Positions 25,188-32,000 of a stretch of 32,000 bases of DNA are shown here, piece after piece (the stretch's first letter is position 1; every line of letters begins with the position of its first letter). This stretch comes from Candidatus Velamenicoccus archaeovorus (GTDB lineage Bacteria > Omnitrophota > Gorgyraeia > Velamenicoccales > Velamenicoccaceae). The DNA lies in the NCBI RefSeq assembly GCF_004102945.1, contig NZ_CP019384.1, positions 600,001 through 632,000 on the forward strand. Reading direction: 5' to 3'. The notes under the pieces were generated by a model. It had not been told where the DNA came from and did no database searches. It was given only the letters and a program-made list of their open reading frames with translations. Made by a program: the position numbers and the translations under genes.

Positions 25188-26114
25188 TTGTCCATACAAA
25201 ATTTAAAATACTTCAGGATGGCCATTATCTTGGTTTTATTGCTGGTTCTGTGCTTTGTTTGCGGCAGGGCATATGCGCTTGAGCTTAGCGATATCCCAGG
25301 GATGATCGATTGGAGTTGTCTGGATTTAAAAGTCATCGGGACCTGCGTCGGGCCTTTCGGCATCCCGGGCATTGTCATTATGTACTGGGAGCCGGCGCTT
25401 CTCATCGAAACCGTCAAGCAGCCCGGCGATACGATTATCGGATCGCTCAAACCCGAATTCCAGAATCTTACGGCCCAGGCAGTCAAGAATTTTGCCAAAA
25501 GCATCGCTGGATCATCCATACTTGCTTCCAGCGGATCAGGCTCATCAAAGATAGAGGAGACAAACTTGCAGTTCAACGAGGCGCATGTGTATGCGTTTCC
25601 TTTTGGGGATGAAATCATGATGTCTTTAGGCATGACGTGTCCGGACAAGCTTCCAACAGGCTTTTTTATTAAATATCTTTCGGAGCTCGATTCTTTGGAG
25701 TGGCGCATAGGAGTCACGGAAGTCCTGAATCCCAAAAGCATGGCTTCAGCTGCAAGCGGACCGGCCTGCGCTGCAATATCCGGTTTTATGGAGGACTTGT
25801 GCATGGGGTATTGGGGAGCAACTTACCCCAGGCGAGGCTTCTTTACGCACCAGAGCCAGGTCGTAGGAAGCGCGGCCGCGGCTATCCGGGCTGTGAGTAT
25901 TGCTTCAGCTCTCAATGTCCCAGGACACGTTGTCTTAGAGACAACGGGGTTTGTGCCGTCTTTTGGAAATGACAAGCTGCAAATGATTTATCCGGTTGTT
26001 TCTGGATGCATCAAAATAGGCCAGAATCCGGCACTCTGGGAATCCGGAAAATTATCCGCAAACGGCAAGTACCTATGGGTCTACTGGAGAAGAAGAATAT
26101 GCTGCGTGTATTAG
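25188..26114 (+). CDS. traU: TraU-like T4SS periplasmic protein (TIGR03756-like)
   Basis: Signal peptide (AIILVLLLVLCFVCGRAYA). Cys-rich (WSCLDLKVIGTCVGPFG, MTCPD, GPACAAISGFMEDLCMG, SGCIKIG). Position before the DUF1525/TraF/TraH-like genes. Start is TTG 25188 or ATG 25218. Confidence 0.5.
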   Translation: MSIQNLKYFRMAIILVLLLVLCFVCGRAYALELSDIPGMIDWSCLDLKVIGTCVGPFGIPGIVIMYWEPALLIETVKQPGDTIIGSLKPEFQNLTAQAVKNFAKSIAGSSILASSGSGSSKIEETNLQFNEAHVYAFPFGDEIMMSLGMTCPDKLPTGFFIKYLSELDSLEWRIGVTEVLNPKSMASAASGPACAAISGFMEDLCMGYWGATYPRRGFFTHQSQVVGSAAAAIRAVSIASALNVPGHVVLETTGFVPSFGNDKLQMIYPVVSGCIKIGQNPALWESGKLSANGKYLWVYWRRRICCVY

Positions 26115-26611
26115 TTGTTGGTTTCTTTATATTCTCGCTGGTTGTGCCTTTGGGTTTTTGCCAGCAAAGCGATTGCAGCGAATGCTCTAAAGACGCGGTT
26201 CTATTGAATCCTGCTTTGAAAGAAAAAATAGAGGCGATAGAGAGGCAGGCTTATAACAGACTGGAAGGCAGCGGGAAAAATCAAGGTTCCTCGATAACTT
26301 TGTTCATTGATTCGGATCACGGGTTTTCAGGCGGCGCCATAGAAGTTCTTGCCAGATTCAAGCAGGATAATCCAAGTTGGAGGGTTAAAACTGTTATCGA
26401 ACCCGGCAGCAGAAACCTCAAGCAGACGCTGCTTCGCAACCGAAATTATTTCAACAGTGGTATGGAGTTTGATATCGATCTTAACGGCAACCTGGCAAGA
26501 AAGTTTGGTATTGATAGGACTCCGACCTACGTCGTTTTCCACGAAGGCAGGCATTATAAGACTACAGACCTGTCCGATCTTAATGAAGCCATTGCCAAAC
26601 TTAATAAATGA
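26099..26611 (+). CDS. DUF1525 / TIGR03757-like conjugative element protein
   Basis: Signal peptide MLRVLVVGFFIFSLVVPLGFC. The C-terminal LARKFGIDRTPTYVVFHEGRHYKTTDLSDLNEAI matches the DUF1525 pattern (A..lGi...PavVfd...vvyG.tDv..A). Confidence 0.5.
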   Translation: MLRVLVVGFFIFSLVVPLGFCQQSDCSECSKDAVLLNPALKEKIEAIERQAYNRLEGSGKNQGSSITLFIDSDHGFSGGAIEVLARFKQDNPSWRVKTVIEPGSRNLKQTLLRNRNYFNSGMEFDIDLNGNLARKFGIDRTPTYVVFHEGRHYKTTDLSDLNEAIAKLNK

Positions 26612-27339
26612 GATGTCTCTTTGTATTGATTGTTTTATTTGTTTATGCGCCTATGGCCTGCGGCCAGGGGCTGTTTCAATATGAGAGGATTGATTTTTTT
26701 AAGGAACCGGATGCACAGAAAAATACTGTCTTAAAACCAGCGCAAGATTCTTTTGAAGCCGTTGAGAATGAATGGGCTGAGCCTGTTATCAGCCCTTCAG
26801 GCAAGATGACTATTTACCTGCCGCCTAAAGAGGTCAGGGATTTCCTTGATAAGCCTGATCCTGAAAATGCAAAAGCATATCTGGAATGGAACTTAAACAG
26901 GATCAGAAAATTCATCAGAGCACAGGAGATGCTTGCCAAAGAGGCGAGGATACTTGGTCAGCCGAGGGGAAGAGATAATTTGACCGATACGGATTCGCAA
27001 AAGACAGGTTCGTCGACGAGCATTGCCGGCGATGCTCTCCCTCAGGGTGATTACCTGTTTTTCTTTATGCTAAAAGGGTGCCCAGTTTGTCAAAAAGAGG
27101 CCCGGGTTGTAGAAAACATCTATCTCACCCATCCTGAAATCAAAGTCCAGGCTTTCGCTGTCGGTTATAGTGATGACGACTTGAGGGAATTCATGTTTCC
27201 GGCAACGCAGGATAGAGGGATGAGCACATTATTTAAGGTCAATTCTTATCCGGCCATCGCTCTGTTTAACAGCAAAAGAGAAAAGTATTTTATTTCAGGC
27301 TATGTGGACAAAGAGAAAATATTAAAATTATTCAAATGA
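26608..27339 (+). CDS. traF: TraF/TrbB-like thioredoxin-fold conjugal transfer protein
   Basis: Signal peptide. CxxC active site in FFFMLKGCPVCQKE, followed by a thioredoxin-like beta-alpha pattern (YPAIALFN). ATGA overlap with the upstream gene. Confidence 0.55.
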   Translation: MRCLFVLIVLFVYAPMACGQGLFQYERIDFFKEPDAQKNTVLKPAQDSFEAVENEWAEPVISPSGKMTIYLPPKEVRDFLDKPDPENAKAYLEWNLNRIRKFIRAQEMLAKEARILGQPRGRDNLTDTDSQKTGSSTSIAGDALPQGDYLFFFMLKGCPVCQKEARVVENIYLTHPEIKVQAFAVGYSDDDLREFMFPATQDRGMSTLFKVNSYPAIALFNSKREKYFISGYVDKEKILKLFK

Positions 27340-28613
27340 AAAGGGCTCTCCTGGTATTGATCTTTGTTTTCATCGCTACCTGTGTAAGTTATGCCGATAT
27401 TTTTACGAAAGACGACTCATTACCTTACACCATAGAGAGTGTGGTTTCGGAAGACAGGTCCGGGTTCTATTACAGGGGAGGCGTTGACTACAATCCTCCT
27501 GTTGCACCGGAGGAGCCCGGCGTTGGCTATTCCATTGTCAGCGGATCAAAAGGGTGCAGCGGATTTGATTTTGCTTCGAGTTTCACCTCGCTTTTCTCCC
27601 AGCAGATATTAGAAGACTATTTAAAGGGTATATCCAGCGCTGCCATGGCGGCTGCGCCCATGCTGCTTTTGGAGTATGTGTCGCCGACCTTGGCTGATAT
27701 CGTCAAGCATTTCAATGCCATGACGAATATGAGGCTGGGCTTAAGATATGCCCAGTGTGAGGATATTGAAAAGGCAGCAGGCACGTATATCGATAAGTTA
27801 AGGAAAACAAGCGAAGACGCATGCGTCAAGGAGAAAGTGGCCCAAGGCTCTGATATTGACTCAGCGCTTAAGGCCTGCAAAGGTCAAAGCGATCCGTTTG
27901 CATATCTGAAGAACACAGACGGAATTCCTTTGCTGCAGGGAGGCAAGATAGACGTTATCTCCGATATCTTAAAGAAGATTAACATACCTCAAGACAGGAA
28001 AGATTTCGTTAAATCAGTTGTTGGTGAGACCACCATCACTTCTTCACAGATCGAGAATCGCAAGGGACAGAAGTCGATCTATAGCGTAAATGAAGACTTC
28101 AGGAATAGTGCTATGACGAAACTTGCGTCCTTGGTGGATGGATATGTAACGTCAAAGAGCATTTCAGAGGATATATTAGAAGAGATATCTCTGCCGAATA
28201 ACCCCATAGTTGACGAGCAGATTAAAGAGATTGTCCTTATGCCAAGGGCCAAGCAATACATAGCCATCGCAAAAATAGCCTCTGATATAGCCTATTTTAA
28301 GACCATCGCCAAATACCGTCAGGCCATGGATGATCTGTTGGAGGCGATGCGCGCGCCGGATCTTGATGATGTACAACGAGGAGTTTTGGAGGGGGATTAT
28401 AACGCTTTAAAAGAAGAACTCGAAAGATTTAAGGAAGAAAGGCAGATCTATAAAAATTATAATGAAACCTTGTTCGGCATTTTATCAGAAGCCGAGAAAG
28501 AGAAGCTTAATATCATCATAAAAGACGATGGAACGGATTCGTATTTTAGCGATAGCAATGAAAAACAGGATAAAAATGAGATATACTTACCCGCATCCAA
28601 AAATAAAGAATAA
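27336..28613 (+). CDS. traH: TraH-like T4SS protein (TIGR03755-like)
   Basis: Signal peptide. GSKGCSGFDFASSFTSLFSQQILEDYLKGISSAAMAAAPMLLLEYVSP parallels the TraH motif (GCGGIDlf.GSFSFIn.eql...l..I..nA.gyaf.LAl...cP). C-terminal coiled coil. ATGA overlap with the upstream gene. Confidence 0.6.
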   Translation: MKRALLVLIFVFIATCVSYADIFTKDDSLPYTIESVVSEDRSGFYYRGGVDYNPPVAPEEPGVGYSIVSGSKGCSGFDFASSFTSLFSQQILEDYLKGISSAAMAAAPMLLLEYVSPTLADIVKHFNAMTNMRLGLRYAQCEDIEKAAGTYIDKLRKTSEDACVKEKVAQGSDIDSALKACKGQSDPFAYLKNTDGIPLLQGGKIDVISDILKKINIPQDRKDFVKSVVGETTITSSQIENRKGQKSIYSVNEDFRNSAMTKLASLVDGYVTSKSISEDILEEISLPNNPIVDEQIKEIVLMPRAKQYIAIAKIASDIAYFKTIAKYRQAMDDLLEAMRAPDLDDVQRGVLEGDYNALKEELERFKEERQIYKNYNETLFGILSEAEKEKLNIIIKDDGTDSYFSDSNEKQDKNEIYLPASKNKE

Positions 28614-28759
28614 TACACATCAGAGACTCTTTTCTTATCCAAATAAAAATCTCATCAAATCCATGAAAAATCATTGGTTTCCTTCCTATTTGTAGTATAT
28701 AAATAATCAAGCCTTACAATCCAGAGTTTAAAGGAATAAATCCCGGACTTTAAAAAAGT

Positions 28760-28810
28760 AAAACCTTCGTGTGGCAGAAAGTATCTGCTGTGCGAAGGTT
28801 TTTCATTTTT
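28760..28810 (+). terminator. rho-independent terminator after the transfer operon
   Basis: AAAACCTTCG ... CGAAGGTTTT outer stem with an inner GCAGA/TCTGC stem, followed by TTTCATTTTT. Confidence 0.6.
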
Positions 28811-28828
28811 ATATAGGGCATTTTTGGG

Positions 28829-28857
28829 TTGTGCAAAGCTGCCTCATGAGTTATAAT
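28829..28857 (+). promoter_or_regulatory. sigma70-like promoter TTGTGC-N17-TATAAT for the R-M locus
   Basis: TTGTGC at 28829-28834 and TATAAT at 28852-28857, 27 nt upstream of the HTH gene ATG. Confidence 0.45.
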
Positions 28858-28883
28858 TTGTAACATATTATTATAAGGAGAAT

Positions 28884-29057
28884 ATGGCTAAATTGATCGA
28901 AACATATACAGTTGAAGAAGTTGCTAAAGCCCTAAAAACTACATCCATATACTATAAGACGCTAAGCTGAGAAAAGAAAATCCCGGCTTTTAAATTCGGC
29001 GGTCAGTGGAGATTTCGGAAGGATAAGATAGACACTTGGACTAAGAAAAGCAGATAG
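28884..29057 (+). pseudogene. excisionase-family (HTH_17/AlpA-like) small DNA-binding gene interrupted by an in-frame TGA at codon 29
   Basis: AAGGAG RBS. MAKLIETYTVEEVAKALKTTSIYYKTLS-TGA-EKKIPAFKFGGQWRFRKDKIDTWTKKSR-TAG. Both halves together reproduce the canonical motif (tveEvA..L.vs..tiy.....g.iPa.kiGgqWRF....id.W). TGA at 28968-28970. Confidence 0.7.
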
Positions 29058-29109
29058 TTTTACAAAATAAATGTAACTGCCAGCAATCGGGCAGTTTTGG
29101 AGAATAAGC

Positions 29110-30682
29110 ATGACAAATAATAACAATACGACTAAAGAACAGGAACGCGCCGAACTGCACCGCGCTATTTGGCAGATCGCCAACGATTTGCGCGGTAGCG
29201 TGGACGGCTGGGACTTTAAACAATATGTTTTGGGAATGCTTTTTTATCGCTTCATCAGCGAAAATCTCACCAGCTACATCAATGAAGACGAGCGGCGCAG
29301 TGGCAGTAAAGAGTTTGATTACGCCAAGCTCACGGATAAAAAAGCGGAGTTCGGCCGCGTTGATACGGTAAAAGAAAAAGGGTTCTATATCTTGCCCAGC
29401 GAGCTTTTTGTCAATGTTTGCTCTAAGGCGCGTCAAGACGCCAACCTTAACGAAACGCTGGCCAAGGTACTCCGCAATATTGAAAAATCGGCCAAGGGTT
29501 CGGACAGCGAGGATGACCTAAAAGGTTTGTTTGATGATCTTGATGTAAATTCCAGCAAGCTCGGCAATACTGTGGAAAAAAGAAACCAAAAACTGGTGAA
29601 GCTTTTGGAAGCGATCGGTGACCTGCGGCTGGGAAATTATTACGATAACACGATTGACGCCTTTGGCGACGCCTATGAGTTTTTGATGACCATGTACGCT
29701 TCCAACGCGGGAAAATCCGGGGGAGAATTTTTTACCCCGCAGGAAGTGAGTGAACTGTTGGCCTGCTTGGCGACCGTTGGAAAGAAGGAAGTCAACAAGG
29801 TCTATGACCCGGCTTGCGGTTCCGGTTCGCTTCTTTTGAAGTTTGCCAAAATTCTCGGCAAAGAAAATGTAAGAATGGGATTCTTTGGACAGGAGATCAA
29901 CCTTACCACCTACAACCTCTGCCGTATCAATATGTTTTTGCACGACATCAACTACAATCATTTTGATGTTGCCCACGGCGATACACTGACCGACCCAAAG
30001 CACTGGGATGACGAGCCTTTCGACGCCATCGTTTCCAATCCGCCGTATTCCATCAAATGGGAAGGTGACAGTAATACGCTTCTTATAAATGACCCGCGCT
30101 TTTCACCGGCAGGAGTATTGGCGCCAAAGAGCAAGGCAGATCTTGCCTTCACCATGCATATGCTTTCTTGGCTTTCTACCAGCGGCACAGCGGCAATCGT
30201 TGAATTTCCCGGAGTGTTGTATCGTGGAGGTGCTGAGCAGAAGATCCGCAAATATTTGGTTGATAACAACTACATCGATACCGTGATCCAGCTCCCACCT
30301 GATCTTTTTTTTGGCACGACTATCGCTACCTGCATTATCGTGCTCAAAAAAAGCAAAAAGGATAACAAAACCCTGTTTATTGACGCTTCAGCCGAATTTG
30401 TGCGCGGTGGAAACAAAAATAAGCTTACTGAAGAAAACCGCGCCAAAATAATGGAGGCGTTTACCAAGCGTGCAGACAAAGCGCATTTTGCCAAATTGGT
30501 AAGCAACAAAACCATTGAAGAAGATGACTACAACATCACGGTCTCCAGTTATGTGTTGCAAAAAGATACCCGTGAGGTTGTTGATATCAAAAAACTCAAC
30601 GCCGAGATCAAAGGCATCGTTGCACGGCAGAACGAACTCCGCACGGCAATTGATGAGATTGTAGCTGATATTGAGGGTAGCC

Positions 30683-30690
<8 letters not shown>
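29110..30690 (+). CDS. hsdM: type I restriction-modification system methyltransferase subunit HsdM
   Basis: HsdM_N pattern ([36 protein letters not shown]), SAM-binding motif I ([13 protein letters not shown]) and catalytic motif IV (IVSNPPYS). Confidence 0.95.
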
Positions 30691-31366
<676 letters not shown>

Positions 31367-31863
31367 GGGGACTGCCATTACAGCAAAGGAAGCGACAGGT
31401 GGAAAAATTCCGGTAGTTGCCAATGCGCCTAAAGCCATTTATTTTCATGGTAAAAGTAACAGAAGTGGAGAAACAATCGTTATTGCTAGATCTGGAGCTT
31501 ATGCTGGGTTAGTCAGTTTCTGGGATGAACCGATCTTCCTCACTGATGCATTCAGCGTTCATGTGGAGTCTACTTTGCTCAAAACCAAATTTGTTTATTA
31601 CTTATTGAAGCAAAAACAGGAAACTATCCACTTCATGAAGAAAGGTAGTGGAGTGCCGCATGTTCGAGCAAAAGAGTTTGAATCTTACCGTATCCCCATT
31701 CCTCCTGTCGCCGAACAAGAGCGCATTGTTACCATTCTCGATAAATTTGACACACTGGTAAATGATATTTCTGTCGGCTTACCGGCGGAAGTGAACGCCC
31801 GGCGCAAACAATACGAATACTACCGGGACAAGTTGCTTACTTTTAGTCCATTGGAAGAAGAAT

Positions 31864-32000
31864 ATGCCAAGCAATAAAAAATACAATTTAGTAGCGGAAA
31901 ACCCGCAAAGCACCGTGGTGGCGGAATATACACCTCAGTATCGTACCGCAAAGGCGTACCAGAGCGAGGCGGAACTGGAGCGCGCTTTTATTGAGCAGTT
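31864..32000 (+). CDS. hsdR: type I restriction enzyme R subunit HsdR, N-terminal fragment (continues beyond the window)
   Basis: ATG 31864 overlaps the hsdS stop. [45 protein letters not shown] contains the SEAELE..FI.Q motif common at HsdR N-termini. Its position after hsdM-hsdS also fits. Confidence 0.6.
   Translation, partial: MPSNKKYNLVAENPQSTVVAEYTPQYRTAKAYQSEAELERAFIEQ

Larger units (their letters stand above)
3184..28613 (+). mobile_element. conjugative transfer (T4SS, F/GI-like) region of an ICE or plasmid, with a nested type IV filament operon
   Basis: Contiguous same-strand T4SS genes (T4CP, VirB4/TraC, TraB/K/E/L/V/U/F/H-like) recognised from motifs and from the F-type gene order. 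The ends of the element are not visible in the window. Confidence 0.75.

Noticed and set aside
25136-25804. Upstream 223 codons of the 314-aa minus-strand ORF (24860-25804)
   Set aside because: Only the last 91 codons (24860-25135) have an RBS (AAGGAGG) and a recognisable DUF1778 sequence. The remainder is antisense to the TraU-like gene and has an odd low-complexity composition, so it is an ORF-caller artefact.
28968-28970. Alternative genetic code (TGA = Trp or Gly) for the whole window
   Set aside because: TGA clearly terminates well-supported genes with coupled downstream starts (1209-1211, 5584-5586, 12711-12713, 26609-26611), and long ORFs are not fragmented under the standard code. 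Recoding could at most be local to the small HTH gene.
28736-28999. Direct repeat AAATCCCGG(A)CTTT(T)AAA at about 28738 and about 28978, considered as possible att-like or duplication scars
   Set aside because: Only 9 bp match exactly. The first copy gives no HTH-like reading frame, since stops flank it. This is too short to distinguish from chance without a genome-wide search.

Overview
Most of this window is a conjugative DNA-transfer region of about 25.5 kb (3184-28613, all + strand). Its core genes follow the F/GI-type T4SS order: pilin, TraL, TraE, TraK, TraB, TraV and TraC/VirB4, then TraU, DUF1525, TraF and TraH. A TraG_N-like membrane protein and a Replic_Relax protein translationally coupled to a TraD-type coupling protein sit at the left end. 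Three insertions interrupt the T4SS operon. (i) A small Imm_superinfect-family membrane protein, an independently promoted NYN-domain nuclease gene, and a promoter-plus-terminator unit (candidate sRNA or leader). (ii) A complete type IV filament (T4P/T2SS-like) operon: lipoprotein, secretin, GspL/PilMN-like, PilO/GspM-like, PilP/GspC-like, PilB/GspE ATPase, PilC/GspF platform and three prepilins. The last prepilin is fused to a phage tail-collar receptor-binding domain. (iii) An opposite-strand DUF1778/GNAT (TacA/TacT-like) toxin-antitoxin pair. To the left is a visibly more AT-rich three-gene operon (HD-domain protein, B12-like radical SAM enzyme, gamma-glutamylcyclotransferase-like protein) that I cannot assign to any named system. 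To the right is a type I R-M locus (small HTH gene with an in-frame TGA, hsdM, hsdS, start of hsdR). Its hsdS carries two separate repeat tracts: a 12-bp unit x4 in the central spacer region, and (ACAG)12 exactly between the two target-recognition halves, which currently puts TRD2 out of frame. No integrase, canonical relaxase, rRNA, tRNA or CRISPR array is visible. All family assignments come from motif recognition by eye, not from database searches.
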